Positions 10,931 to 21,477 of a stretch of 64,000 nt of DNA are shown here, piece by piece (position 1 is the first letter of the stretch; every line of letters begins with the position of its first letter). This DNA comes from Alphaproteobacteria bacterium. GTDB taxonomy: Bacteria; Pseudomonadota; Alphaproteobacteria; UBA8366. The stretch is taken from contig WHUA01000001.1 of NCBI GenBank assembly GCA_009377445.1, positions 776,759 to 840,758 of the forward strand, given 5' to 3'. The notes below the pieces were generated by a model, which worked only from the letters and a program-made list of their open reading frames with translations, was not told where the DNA came from and made no database searches. A program made the translations under genes and the position numbers.

Positions 10931-13885
10931 ATGACAAGCTACAGCGGCGAAAGTTCCTTCTTCTACGGCGTCAACGAGACCTATCTGGCGGAGCTCTACG
11001 CCCGCTATCTCGAAGATCCCAGGTCGGTCGATCCGAGCTGGGCCGAGATCTTCGCGACGCTCGGCGACGACCAGAAGGCGATGTTCGGCGAGTTGCGCGG
11101 CGCAAGCTGGGCGCCCCGGCAGACCGCCGTGATCGGCACCAACGGCCATCATCCGACGATGTCCGACGCGACCGCGGGCATGAAGGCCCCGCCGGTCCCT
11201 GCGGCGTATCCGGGCGTGCGCGGCACGTCGGCGGAGGACGTGCGCGCCGCCACGCTCGACTCGATCCGCGCCGTGATGCTGATTCGCGCCTATCGGATCC
11301 GCGGCCATCTCGAGGCCGACCTCGACCCGTTGCGGCTGCACAAGCCCGAGCCGCATCCCGAGCTCGATCCCAAGAGCTACGGGTTTTCGGAGCGCGACTG
11401 GGATCGCCCGATTTTCATAAATTATGTGCTGGGGCTGGAATCCGCGACGCTGCGCGAAATCGTCTCGCTCCTCCGCGCCACCTATTGCGGCACGATCAGC
11501 GTCGAATACATGCACAAGCAGGAGCCGGACGAGAAAACCTGGATCCAGGAGCGCATCGAGAGCATCCGCAATCGCACCGAATTCACCGAGATCGGCATGA
11601 AGGCCATTCTCGAGCGGCTGACGCATTCGGAAGTGTTCGAGCAGTACATGGACCGGAAGTATACCGGGACCAAGCGTTTCGGCCTCGACGGCGGCGAGTC
11701 CACGATCCCGGCGCTCGAGCAGATCCTCAAGCGCGGCGCGCAGCTCGGCATCGACGAGGTGGTGATCGGCATGCCGCACCGCGGGCGGCTCAACATCCTC
11801 GCCAACATCCTGCTCAAGCCGTACCGCGCGATCTTCTCGGAATTTCAGGGGAATCCCGCCAATCCCGAGGACGTGCAAGGATCGGGCGACGTCAAATACC
11901 ATCTCGGGACCTCGGCCGACCGCGAGTTCGACGGCAACATCGTCCACCTGTCGCTCAGCCCGAATCCGAGCCATCTCGAAGCGGTGAACACGGTGGTGCT
12001 GGGCCGCGTGCGCGCCAAGCAGCGCCAGCGCGGCGATACCGAGCGCGAGAAGGTGATGGGCCTGCTGCTGCACGGCGACGCGGCCTTCGCCGGACAGGGG
12101 ATCGTGCCGGAGACGCTCGACCTCTCCCAGCTCCGCGGCTACCGCACCGGCGGCACCATCCATCTCATCGTGAACAACCAGATCGGCTTCACGACGATGC
12201 CCTCCTATTCGCGCTCTTCGCCCTATTGCTCCGACGTGGCGAAGATGGTCGGCGCGCCGATCCTGCACGTGAACGGCGACGACCCGGAGGCCTGCGTGCA
12301 TGCCGCGCGGATCGCGATGGAATATCGCCAGAAGTTCAAGAAGGACGTGGTCATCGACCTGATGTGCTACCGCCGGCACGGCCATAACGAAGGCGACGAG
12401 CCGGCGTTCACCCAGCCGCTGATGTACAACAAGATCCGCGAGCAACCGACGACCCGCACGATTTATGCGAAGCGGCTGGAAGAGCAGGGCGTGATCGAGC
12501 GTGGCGAAGGCGACCGGATGGTCGAGGAGTTCCGCCGTCATCTCGACCAGGAATTCGAATCCGCCGCATCCTATAAGCCGAACAAGGCCGACTGGCTCGA
12601 AGGCAAGTGGGCGGGCCTGCAGGTCGCGTCCGGCGACGACCGGCGCGGCCACACGCATGTCGAGTTCGACCTGCTGAAGGAAGTGGGTTACGCGATATCG
12701 GAGGTGCCGCCCAATTTCAATGCGCACCCGCGGTTGATTCGCCTGCTGAAGGCGAAGCGCAAGATGATCGAGACGGGCGAGGATATCGACTGGGCGACGG
12801 CGGAGGCGCTGGCGCTCGGCACACTGCTGTGCGAAGCGACGCCGGTGCGTTTCTCCGGCGAGGATACGATCCGCGGCACCTTCAGCCAGCGCCACGCGGC
12901 GCTGATCGACCAGAAGACCGAGGAGCGCTATTCGCCGCTCGCGCATATCCGCTACGGCCAGGCGCCGTTCGAGATCATCGACAGCCCGCTGTCCGAGTTC
13001 GGCGTGCTGGGCTTCGAGTACGGCTACAGCCTCGCCGAGCCGCACGCCCTCGTCGTCTGGGAGGCGCAGTTCGGCGATTTCGCAAACGGCGCGCAGGTGA
13101 TCATCGACCAGTTCATATCCTCGGGCGAATCGAAATGGCTGCGCATGAGCGGCCTCGTCATGCTGCTGCCGCACGGCTATGAAGGCCAGGGCCCGGAGCA
13201 CAGCTCGGCGCGGCTGGAGCGCTACCTGCAGCTCTGCGCCGAGGACAACATGCAGGTCGTGAACTGCACGCGCCCGTCCAATTATTTCCATGTGCTGCGC
13301 CGCCAGATCCGGCGCAATTTCCGCAAGCCCCTCATCATCATGACGCCGAAGTCGCTGCTGCGGCACAAGCGCTGCGTCTCGCGGCTCGACGAGATGGGGC
13401 CCGGCACGACCTTCCATCGCGTGCTGCCGGACGATGCCGAGGGAACGCCGGCGCTCGTCGGCGACGGCGACATCAAGCGGGTCGTGCTCTGCTCGGGCAA
13501 GGTTTACTACGACCTGCTCGAAATGCGCGAGAAGCTCGGCATCAACGACGTCTACCTCATGCGCCAGGAACAGCTCTATCCCTTCCCGCCGAATACGCTC
13601 GGCGAACAGCTCAAGCGCTTCCAGCAGGCGGAGCTGGTGTGGTGCCAGGAAGAGCCGAAGAACATGGGCGCCTGGAGCTTCGTCAGTCCGCGCCTCGAGG
13701 AAGTCATGGAAACGGTGGGAATGCGCGCGGGACGCCCCATTTATGTCGGGCGGCGGGAAGCCGCGTCGCCGGCGACCGGGCTCGCGCGCAATCACCTGCG
13801 CGAGCAGGAAGCCCTCGTCACCGAGGCGCTCACGGTCGCGTCCGCGGCGGTTCGGGCGCGCCCGGAAAGCCGCAAGGCAAGCTGA
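10931..13885 (+). CDS. sucA: 2-oxoglutarate dehydrogenase E1
   Basis: KRFGLDGGE, GMPHRGRLN, HGDAAF TPP motif, RRHGHNE, GQGPEHSSAR. Confidence 0.98.
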   Translation: MTSYSGESSFFYGVNETYLAELYARYLEDPRSVDPSWAEIFATLGDDQKAMFGELRGASWAPRQTAVIGTNGHHPTMSDATAGMKAPPVPAAYPGVRGTSAEDVRAATLDSIRAVMLIRAYRIRGHLEADLDPLRLHKPEPHPELDPKSYGFSERDWDRPIFINYVLGLESATLREIVSLLRATYCGTISVEYMHKQEPDEKTWIQERIESIRNRTEFTEIGMKAILERLTHSEVFEQYMDRKYTGTKRFGLDGGESTIPALEQILKRGAQLGIDEVVIGMPHRGRLNILANILLKPYRAIFSEFQGNPANPEDVQGSGDVKYHLGTSADREFDGNIVHLSLSPNPSHLEAVNTVVLGRVRAKQRQRGDTEREKVMGLLLHGDAAFAGQGIVPETLDLSQLRGYRTGGTIHLIVNNQIGFTTMPSYSRSSPYCSDVAKMVGAPILHVNGDDPEACVHAARIAMEYRQKFKKDVVIDLMCYRRHGHNEGDEPAFTQPLMYNKIREQPTTRTIYAKRLEEQGVIERGEGDRMVEEFRRHLDQEFESAASYKPNKADWLEGKWAGLQVASGDDRRGHTHVEFDLLKEVGYAISEVPPNFNAHPRLIRLLKAKRKMIETGEDIDWATAEALALGTLLCEATPVRFSGEDTIRGTFSQRHAALIDQKTEERYSPLAHIRYGQAPFEIIDSPLSEFGVLGFEYGYSLAEPHALVVWEAQFGDFANGAQVIIDQFISSGESKWLRMSGLVMLLPHGYEGQGPEHSSARLERYLQLCAEDNMQVVNCTRPSNYFHVLRRQIRRNFRKPLIIMTPKSLLRHKRCVSRLDEMGPGTTFHRVLPDDAEGTPALVGDGDIKRVVLCSGKVYYDLLEMREKLGINDVYLMRQEQLYPFPPNTLGEQLKRFQQAELVWCQEEPKNMGAWSFVSPRLEEVMETVGMRAGRPIYVGRREAASPATGLARNHLREQEALVTEALTVASAAVRARPESRKAS

Positions 13886-13930
13886 CCAATTGGAACCGGC
13901 GGCGTCGCCGTTCACGGAGGCAAGCAGAAT

Positions 13931-15520
13931 ATGACGGTGCAAATTACGGTCCCCGCGCTCGGCGAATCCGTCACCGAGGCGACCGTCGCCAAATGGCTCA
14001 AGAAGGTCGGCGATGCCGTCGAGGTCGACGAGCCGGTCGTCGAGCTGGAAACGGACAAGGTTTCGCTGGAAGTGCCGTCGCCGTCCGCCGGTGTGCTGAG
14101 CGAGATTCTGGTCGAGGACGGCACGGATGTCGCCGTTGGCGCGGTGCTTGGCCGCGTCGACGAGGCCGGCGCCGCGAAGCCCGCCAAGGCGAAGGCGAAG
14201 ACCGAGTCGAAGAAGGCCGAAGAGAAGAAGTCGGCGCCGGCGGAGCCGCGTCCTGCGCCCGCCAACGGCTCGGGCGGCGCGATCGAGGTCGTGGTGCCGG
14301 CGGTCGGCGAATCGATCACCGAAGGAACCATCGCCAAGTGGCTGAAGCAGGTCGGCGACGCGGTCGCCGTCGACGAGCCGCTCGTCGAGCTGGAGACGGA
14401 CAAGGCGACGGTCGAGATTCCCTCGACGGTGGCGGGGACGCTGTCGGAGATCCGGGTCGAGGCGGGCGCCGACGTGGAAGTCGGGGCCGTCATCGCGGTG
14501 ATCAGCGCCGGAACGGGCGCGCCTGCCAAGCCCTCCGCCGCGAAACCCGCCGTCGCGATGAAGGCGCCCGAGACGAAGGCGGGCGACTCCGGGAGCGAGC
14601 CGCTGTCGCCGGCCGTGCGCAAGCTGGTCGACGACAACAAGCTCGATCCGTCGCGGATTCCGGCGACCGGCCCGAAGGGGCAGCTCACCAAGGGCGACGT
14701 GCTGGATCATCTGGAGAAGGGCGCCAAGACCGCCGCGAAGGCGCCGGCCGCGACGCCGCGCCCGAGCGCGGCGCCCGCGCTCGTTCCCGCGGGCGAGCTG
14801 CCGCCCCGGCCGCAGGATCCGCGCGGCGAAGAGCGCGTGCGCATGTCGCGCCTGCGCCAGCGCATCGCCCAGCGCCTGAAGGAAGCGCAGAACGCCGCGG
14901 CCATGCTCACGACCTACAACGAAGTCCGCATGGACGCGCTGATGAAGCTGCGCGCCGACTACCGCGAGATGTTCGAGAAGAAGTACGGCGTCCGGCTGGG
15001 CTTCCTCTCCTTCTTCATCAAGGCGGCGATCGTCGCGCTGAAGGAAATCCCTGCGGTGAACGGCGAGATCTACGGCGACGAGATCGTCTACAAGAATTTC
15101 TACGACATCGGCGTTGCGGTCGGCACGCCGCAGGGGCTCGTCGTGCCGGTGGTGCGCGATGCGGATAAGCTCAATTTCGCCGAGATCGAGACCGTGATCG
15201 CCGATTTCGGCCGCCGCGCGCGCGACGGTAAGCTGACCGTGCAGGAAATGACGGGCGGCACCTTCACCATCTCGAACGGCGGCGTCTACGGCTCGCTCAA
15301 TTCCATGCCGATCCTCAACCCGCCGCAGTCCGGCATCCTCGGCATGCACAAGATCCAGAAGCGGCCGATCGTCGACGGCGACGAGATCGTCGTCGCCAAC
15401 ATGATGAACGTCGCGCTCACCTACGACCACCGCATCGTCGATGGCCGCGAGGCGGTGACGTTCCTCGTCCGCATGAAGGAAATGCTGGAAGAGCCGAACC
15501 GGCTGTTGATCGACGTGTAA
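13931..15520 (+). CDS. sucB: 2-oxoglutarate dehydrogenase E2 with two lipoyl domains
   Basis: Two ELETDK lipoyl domains, E3-binding PLSPAVRK segment, YDHRIVDG catalytic motif. Confidence 0.97.
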   Translation: MTVQITVPALGESVTEATVAKWLKKVGDAVEVDEPVVELETDKVSLEVPSPSAGVLSEILVEDGTDVAVGAVLGRVDEAGAAKPAKAKAKTESKKAEEKKSAPAEPRPAPANGSGGAIEVVVPAVGESITEGTIAKWLKQVGDAVAVDEPLVELETDKATVEIPSTVAGTLSEIRVEAGADVEVGAVIAVISAGTGAPAKPSAAKPAVAMKAPETKAGDSGSEPLSPAVRKLVDDNKLDPSRIPATGPKGQLTKGDVLDHLEKGAKTAAKAPAATPRPSAAPALVPAGELPPRPQDPRGEERVRMSRLRQRIAQRLKEAQNAAAMLTTYNEVRMDALMKLRADYREMFEKKYGVRLGFLSFFIKAAIVALKEIPAVNGEIYGDEIVYKNFYDIGVAVGTPQGLVVPVVRDADKLNFAEIETVIADFGRRARDGKLTVQEMTGGTFTISNGGVYGSLNSMPILNPPQSGILGMHKIQKRPIVDGDEIVVANMMNVALTYDHRIVDGREAVTFLVRMKEMLEEPNRLLIDV

Positions 15521-15587
15521 GCGGCGGGGTGTCGTCCCGGGCCTGGGCGCGAAATACCTGCCAACAAGCAAGTCAGGAAGTTCTTCA

Positions 15588-16994
15588 ATGAGCGACGGAT
15601 ACGATCTCGTGGTCATCGGCGGCGGTCCCGGCGGGTATGTGGCGGCGATCCGCGCGGCCCAGCTCGGCCTGCGCACCGCCTGCGTCGAGAAGCGCGGCGC
15701 GCTCGGCGGCACCTGCCTGAACGTCGGCTGCATCCCCTCCAAGGCGATGCTGCAGAGCTCGGAGAAATATGCGGAAACGGTCCACGATCTGAAGGCGCAT
15801 GGCGTCGACGTCGGGTCGGTGGCGCTGAACCTCGCGACGATGCTGGCGCGCAAGGACAAGGTCGTGACGGACCTCACCAAGGGCGTCGAGTTCCTGTTCA
15901 AGAAGAACAAGGTGGAATACGTGAAGGGCGCGGGCCGGATCGCCAAGGCGGGCGCGGTGACGGTCGCGCTGGCGGACGGCGGCGAGCGGACGCTCGAGAC
16001 GAAGAACATCCTGATCGCCACGGGCTCGGAAAGCATGCCCTTGGCAGGCGTGGAGGTCGACGAGAAGCAGATCGTCACCTCGACCGGCGCGCTCGAGATC
16101 GCAAAGGTGCCGGGTCACTTCGTCGTTATCGGCGGCGGCTATATCGGCCTCGAGATGGGCTCGGTCTGGCGCCGCCTCGGCGCGAAGGTCACCGTGATCG
16201 AGTTTCTCGACCGCATCACGCCGGGAATGGACGGCGAGGTCTCCAAGCAATTCCAGCGCATTCTCGGGAAGCAGGGCTTCGAGTTCCGGCTCAAGACCAA
16301 GGTAACCGGGGCGAAGGCGTCGAAGAAAGGCGTCACGCTCACCGTGGCCGCGGCCGACGGCGGCGCCTCGGAAGAGATCGAATGCGACGTGGTGCTGGTG
16401 TCCGTGGGGCGGCGTCCCTACACGGAAGGGCTCGGCCTTGCGGCCGTGGGCGTGAAGACCGACAACCGCGGCTTCATCGAGATCGGTGACGACTTCGCCA
16501 CGTCGGTGCCCGGCATCTACGCGATCGGCGACTGCGTGCGCGGCCCGATGCTGGCGCACAAGGCGGAGGACGAGGGCTCCGTCTGCGCCGAGATCCTCGC
16601 CGGGCAATCCGGGCACATCAACTACGATGCGATTCCCGGCATCGTCTATACTTGGCCCGAGGTTGCGTCCGTCGGCAAGACGGAAGAGCAGCTCAAGCAG
16701 GCGGGCGTCGAATACCGCGTCGGCAAGTTTCCCTTTACCGCGAACAGCCGCGCACGCTGCAACGCCACGACGGAGGGATTCGTCAAGATCCTGGCGGACG
16801 CGAAGACCGACCGGGTGCTGGGCGCGCATATCGTCGGCGCGGACGCCGGCACGCTGATCCATGAGATCGTCTCCGTCATCGAGTTCGGCGGCTCGGCCGA
16901 GGACGTGGCCCGCACCTGCCACGGCCATCCGACCCTGAACGAGGCGGTCAAGGAAGCGGCGCTGGCCGTGGACGGACGAGCCGTGCACATCTGA
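15588..16994 (+). CDS. lpdA: Dihydrolipoamide dehydrogenase
   Basis: IGGGPGGY, GGTCLNVGCIPSK redox disulfide, HPTLNE. Confidence 0.98.
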   Translation: MSDGYDLVVIGGGPGGYVAAIRAAQLGLRTACVEKRGALGGTCLNVGCIPSKAMLQSSEKYAETVHDLKAHGVDVGSVALNLATMLARKDKVVTDLTKGVEFLFKKNKVEYVKGAGRIAKAGAVTVALADGGERTLETKNILIATGSESMPLAGVEVDEKQIVTSTGALEIAKVPGHFVVIGGGYIGLEMGSVWRRLGAKVTVIEFLDRITPGMDGEVSKQFQRILGKQGFEFRLKTKVTGAKASKKGVTLTVAAADGGASEEIECDVVLVSVGRRPYTEGLGLAAVGVKTDNRGFIEIGDDFATSVPGIYAIGDCVRGPMLAHKAEDEGSVCAEILAGQSGHINYDAIPGIVYTWPEVASVGKTEEQLKQAGVEYRVGKFPFTANSRARCNATTEGFVKILADAKTDRVLGAHIVGADAGTLIHEIVSVIEFGGSAEDVARTCHGHPTLNEAVKEAALAVDGRAVHI

Positions 16995-17005
16995 CGCAAG
17001 CGCCC

Positions 17006-17317
17006 TTGGATAACCTGCCCGCCAAGCTGCCCGACAAGGAGACGCTCCCCGCCCGCCGCCGCCCGCGCTGGAAGCGGTGGTTGATTATTGCCGCCGGGTG
17101 GGTTTTTATTTTCCTCGGCATACTCGGCCTTGTCCTGCCGATACTGCAGGGCGTGCTTTTCCTTGCCATCGGCTCCTACATGCTGTCCCTCGAATCGCCC
17201 TGGGTACGAAAGAAGATGCTGACGCTGCAACGGCGCTATCCGAAGCTGAGCGCGACGCTGGATGAAGCGCGGGTACGCGCGGCGCGCTACGCGCGCAAGA
17301 TCCTCGGCAGGAAGTAA
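17006..17317 (+). CDS. Small membrane protein (DUF454/PGPGW-like)
   Basis: GWVFIFLGILGLVLPILQG hydrophobic hairpin; start codon uncertain. Confidence 0.65.
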   Translation: MDNLPAKLPDKETLPARRRPRWKRWLIIAAGWVFIFLGILGLVLPILQGVLFLAIGSYMLSLESPWVRKKMLTLQRRYPKLSATLDEARVRAARYARKILGRK

Positions 17318-18528
17318 TGATCCGCATCGGCCCCGCGGGGCTGATCGCCGCGATGTTCGCCGCCCAGGTGCTCGGCATGGCGAGCTTCGTCACTTTTCCC
17401 GGACTGCTGCCGCTGTTCCAGCGCGAATGGGCGTTGTCGAATGCCGAAGCCGGCTGGATCAGCGGCGTGTTCTTCGCGGGCTTCGTCGGCGCCGGACCGC
17501 TGCTGACCGTGGCGACCGACCGCGTCGACCCGCGGCGCATTTTTCTCGCCGGGGTCGCGATGAGCGCGCTCGCCAATATCGGTTTCGCCGCGCTCGCCGA
17601 CGGTTTCTGGAGCGGCAGCCTGTGGCGCTGCCTGCAAGGCATCGGCTTCGCCGGCACCTACATGCCGGGCCTTCGGGCGGTGAGCGACGCGGTGCCCGAA
17701 CGGATGCGCGACCGGAGCGTCGCCTTCTTCATGGCCACTTTCACGGTGGGCGCGAGCTTCTCCTTTCTCGTGTCGGGTATCGCTGCCGCCTCGCTTTCCT
17801 GGCGTGGCGTGTTCTATGCCCTGGCGGCGGGGCCGGTGGCGGGACTCGTCATCGGCTGGCTGATCCTGCCGCCGCGAAAAATTGCGCCCGAGACCGGCAG
17901 CCGCCTGAAAGGGCTCGCCGCACAGATACGGAAGCCCTCGCTGCTGCGGTATTTCGCCGGCTACTTCCTGCATAACGCCGAGTCTTCGACGATGCGGGCC
18001 TTCATCATCGCCTTTCTTGCCTTCGCCGCGGCGCAGCAGCCGGCGGGCGCGTCCGGGTCCGGGCTTTCGCCGACCGTGATCGCCGCCGTCGTGAATCTTC
18101 TCGGGCTGCCCGGCATCGTGCTTGCCGGCGAGGCGACGCGCTTTCTGCGCCGCGATGTGCTGGTAGGGACGATCATGCTGCTGTCGTCGGGCACGGGCAT
18201 CCTGCTCGGCGTCTTCGCCGGCGCGCCTTTCTGGATCGTCGTCTCGCTGCTACTGCTTTACGGCTTTCTCGTGCCCGCGGATGCGGGCGCGATTACCGCG
18301 GGCGTCGTCGAAGGCGCCGACCTCGGCCACCGGGGCGCGGCGCTCGCGCTCCATTCGGTCTTCGGGTTCACCGGCGCGTTCCTGGGGCCGGTGATATTCG
18401 GGGCGGCGCTGGACTGGTCGGGCGGCGAGACCGACGCGCGGGCATGGATCGCGGCATTCGCGGCCTTGGCGGCGATGATCATCATCTGGCCGATCGCAAC
18501 AGGCTTTCATAAATTTCGAAAATCATGA
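17317..18528 (+). CDS. MFS transporter
   Basis: About 12 hydrophobic segments, ATDRVDPRR motif A, GTYMPG. Confidence 0.88.
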   Translation: MIRIGPAGLIAAMFAAQVLGMASFVTFPGLLPLFQREWALSNAEAGWISGVFFAGFVGAGPLLTVATDRVDPRRIFLAGVAMSALANIGFAALADGFWSGSLWRCLQGIGFAGTYMPGLRAVSDAVPERMRDRSVAFFMATFTVGASFSFLVSGIAAASLSWRGVFYALAAGPVAGLVIGWLILPPRKIAPETGSRLKGLAAQIRKPSLLRYFAGYFLHNAESSTMRAFIIAFLAFAAAQQPAGASGSGLSPTVIAAVVNLLGLPGIVLAGEATRFLRRDVLVGTIMLLSSGTGILLGVFAGAPFWIVVSLLLLYGFLVPADAGAITAGVVEGADLGHRGAALALHSVFGFTGAFLGPVIFGAALDWSGGETDARAWIAAFAALAAMIIIWPIATGFHKFRKS

Positions 18529-18578
18529 GAATATGCGAGCGCCCCGTGCGCTCGCCATCAACCAGCCGGCCGACCGTC

Positions 18579-19814
18579 ATGCCCGATCCGTCGCCACGCC
18601 TCCTGCTCGTGGCCGTTTGCGCCGCCGAGATCCTGGGGATGGCGGCTTTCGCCACCTTTCCCGCATTGGTTCCGGTCTTCCAGCCGGAATGGGCGCTCAG
18701 CAACACCGAGGTAGGCTGGATCAGCGGCGTCTATTACGCGGGCTACGTTGTCGCCGTTCCCGTGCTGGTCAGCCTCACCGACCGGATGGATGCGCGGCGC
18801 ATCTACCTGTTCTCCATGGCGGTGAGCGGGATCTCTGCGATCGGCTTCGCCTTCCTGGCGGATGGCTTGTGGACGGGCAGCGTCTGGCGCTTCCTGCAAG
18901 GGGTCGGCCTTGCCGGCACCTACATGCCGGGCCTCAAGGCGCTGACCGACCGTCTTCCCGCCTCCGCGCAGAGCCGAGGCGTCGCCTTCTACACCTCCAG
19001 CTTCGGTATCGGCGGCAGCCTGTCCTTTCTGTTCGCGGGCGAGATCGCGGCGGCGCTCGACTGGCGCTGGGCTTTCCTTCTGTCCGCGATCGGTCCCGCC
19101 CTTGCCCTTCTGCTTGCGGCGAAGGCTCTGAAGCCACGGCCGGCCGCCGGCGCGAAGCCCGCGACGGGCCTGCTCGACTTCCGCCCGGTGTTCCGCAACA
19201 GGAAGGTGATGGCCTACACGCTGGCCTACTGTGTGCACAATGCCGAGCTGTTCATGCTGCGGTCCTGGGTCGTTGCCTATCTCGTCTTCTCGATGTCGCT
19301 GCAGCCGCCCGGCGCCACGGGAACGGGCGTGCGCGCGACGATCGTCGCCACGATAGCCGGCTTGCTCGGCATGCCGGGGAGCGTTCTCGGCAACGAGGTG
19401 GCGCGCAAGCTCGGCCGGCCGCCGGTGCTGCTGGCGGCGATGTCGTTATCGGCGGTCGTCGCGGTGGTCATCGGCTTCGGCGCGGCGCTGCCCTATGCGG
19501 TCGTGATCGCCTTGGTGCTGCTTTACGGCTTTCTCGTCGTCGCCGACTCCGCGACCATTACCGCCGGCGTCGTCGAAGCCGCCGATCCGGCGCTGCGGGG
19601 CATGACGATGGCGGTGCATGCGATGATCGGCTTCGTGGGATCCATGCTGGGGCCGATCCTGTTCGGCGTCGTGCTCGACCTCGCCGGCGGCGGCCAAAGC
19701 CAAGTTGCCTGGGGGATGTCCTTCAGCGTCATCGCCGCCCTGCTGATGCTGGGGCCGCTGTTCATTTATACGATGGGCCGCGACCGGCCGTCCGCTTCGG
19801 ATACGCCCGGCTAA
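18579..19814 (+). CDS. MFS transporter (paralogue of upstream gene)
   Basis: LSNTEVGWISGV, LTDRMDARR, GTYMPG; about 12 TM segments. Confidence 0.88.
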   Translation: MPDPSPRLLLVAVCAAEILGMAAFATFPALVPVFQPEWALSNTEVGWISGVYYAGYVVAVPVLVSLTDRMDARRIYLFSMAVSGISAIGFAFLADGLWTGSVWRFLQGVGLAGTYMPGLKALTDRLPASAQSRGVAFYTSSFGIGGSLSFLFAGEIAAALDWRWAFLLSAIGPALALLLAAKALKPRPAAGAKPATGLLDFRPVFRNRKVMAYTLAYCVHNAELFMLRSWVVAYLVFSMSLQPPGATGTGVRATIVATIAGLLGMPGSVLGNEVARKLGRPPVLLAAMSLSAVVAVVIGFGAALPYAVVIALVLLYGFLVVADSATITAGVVEAADPALRGMTMAVHAMIGFVGSMLGPILFGVVLDLAGGGQSQVAWGMSFSVIAALLMLGPLFIYTMGRDRPSASDTPG

Positions 19815-20773
19815 CGGGCGCGGGGATGGGTCGCGCGGTACTCGTCGAGCAGGCGGCCTGCGTCGACTTCCGTGTATCGCTGCGTCGTCGACAGCGAGAC
19901 ATGGCCCAGCAGCTCCTGGATCGAGCGCAGATCGCCGCCCATCGCCAGCAGGTGCGTGGCGAAGCTGTGGCGCAGCGCATGCGGCGTCGCCGTCTCGGGC
20001 AGGCCGAGCAGCGCGCGCAGGGCCTGCATCTGGCGCTGGACGATGCGGGCGCGCAGCGGCCCGCCCCGCGCGCCGACGAACAGCGGATCGCCGGGCTCCA
20101 TGCGCCACGGACAGGCGTTGAGATAGGTATCGATCGCATCACGCACCACGGGCAGGATCGGCACCATGCGCTGCTTATTGCCCTTGCCGGTGACGGTGAT
20201 GACGTCGCCGGCCGGCGCTTCGGCGCGCGTCAGCGACAGCGCCTCCGCGATGCGCAGCCCGCAGCCGTACAGCAGCGTCAGGATCGCAATGTCGCGGAGC
20301 CCGATCCAGTCGTCCGCCGCCATCGTGCCCGCCATGTCGATCGTCTCGGCGGCCTCGCCGACCGTCAGCGCCTTCGGCACCGAGTGCGGAATCTTCGGCG
20401 TGCGCAGCGCGCGGATCGCGTGGTTGGCGGCGAGGCCGTTGCGCTCGAGCCAGGCGAAGAAGCCGCGCACGACCGACAGCGCGCGTGCGGTCGACGTGCG
20501 CTTGCGGCCGCTTCCGGCAAGCCGGGCGAGCCAGGCCCGGAAGTCCGCCGGCTTGAGCGTCTCGAGATCGCCGAGGCGCGCCGCTCCGCCGAGATGGCCG
20601 GAGAGAAAGCGCAGGAAGCCGTCAAGATCGCGGGCGTAGGCGTCGCAGGTGTGCGGCGAGCAGCGCCGCTCGTCCGACAGCCATCGCTGCCAATTCCCGA
20701 CCGCCTTCGCGAGGCTCGAATCGAGCAGGTCGGCGAGCGGGACCTCGCGGCTCAGTCGGGCAGGTGCAGCCAT
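19811..20773 (-). CDS. xerC: Tyrosine recombinase XerC
   Basis: LLYGCGLRIAE, GKGNKQR, HALRHSFATH, LGHVSLSTTQRY; DUF484-xerC linkage; ATG at 20773 inside the longer ORF-track frame. Confidence 0.93.
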   Translation of the reverse strand: MAAPARLSREVPLADLLDSSLAKAVGNWQRWLSDERRCSPHTCDAYARDLDGFLRFLSGHLGGAARLGDLETLKPADFRAWLARLAGSGRKRTSTARALSVVRGFFAWLERNGLAANHAIRALRTPKIPHSVPKALTVGEAAETIDMAGTMAADDWIGLRDIAILTLLYGCGLRIAEALSLTRAEAPAGDVITVTGKGNKQRMVPILPVVRDAIDTYLNACPWRMEPGDPLFVGARGGPLRARIVQRQMQALRALLGLPETATPHALRHSFATHLLAMGGDLRSIQELLGHVSLSTTQRYTEVDAGRLLDEYRATHPRAR

Positions 20774-21468
20774 ATGCGGATGACGTGCTCCAGGACGCTT
20801 CCCAGGAAGTCGATCAGCTCGGTCGCCTGGCCGGTGTCGAAGCGATGCGGATCGCGCGAACCGAACGCGAGCAGCACCGGCGGCGTCGCCGGCGAGATCG
20901 AGAGCCGGACCAGCGCGTCGGAGCGGACCAGCGTGGACCCGCCCGCGAACAGCTCGGGGTCGCCGGCGATGTCGCCGCGCAACGCAAGACGGCGGTCGGC
21001 GCCGAGAATGGCGTCGATCATGCCGGGCGCGAGCATCATCAGGCCGCGGGTTCGGATCGGCAGCGCCGCGCTGCTTTCCGCCTCGATGCACAGCGTGACG
21101 ATGTCGAGGTCGAGAATGACCGCGAAGTCGGTCGTCACCGTCTGGATGAGCTGTTCGAAAGACGTCGCGCCGAGCAGGCCGAGGACGCAGGCGTGGATAC
21201 GCGATTGCGTCTGCATGTTCGCGCGCGTCGCCGACAGCAGGTCGTGCTGATCGCCGTTGACCTTTTCGATCTCGCCGCGCAGGCGGTCGATCATCGCCTG
21301 CTGCAGGTCGGAAACGCCTTCGCCGAGCTCGCGTGCGGGAGCCTGAATCGACTTCAGCGTATCCGGATGCTTGACGAAGAAATCGGGATTCTGGCGCAAA
21401 AACTCGATCACCCGATCCGCGGAAAGCGCCCCCGGATCGGACTTCGCGCCTCTGAGTTTTTGCGTCAT
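20752..21468 (-). CDS. DUF484 family protein
   Basis: VIEFLRQNPDFF, DLQQAMIDRLR, F...QATELIDFL; upstream of xerC. Confidence 0.88.
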   Translation of the reverse strand: MTQKLRGAKSDPGALSADRVIEFLRQNPDFFVKHPDTLKSIQAPARELGEGVSDLQQAMIDRLRGEIEKVNGDQHDLLSATRANMQTQSRIHACVLGLLGATSFEQLIQTVTTDFAVILDLDIVTLCIEAESSAALPIRTRGLMMLAPGMIDAILGADRRLALRGDIAGDPELFAGGSTLVRSDALVRLSISPATPPVLLAFGSRDPHRFDTGQATELIDFLGSVLEHVIRIWLHLPD

Positions 21469-21477
21469 TCCGGCGGC

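Noticed and set aside
19811-20773. XerC as the island integrase
   Set aside because: It sits in the housekeeping DUF484-xerC context 25 kb from the island
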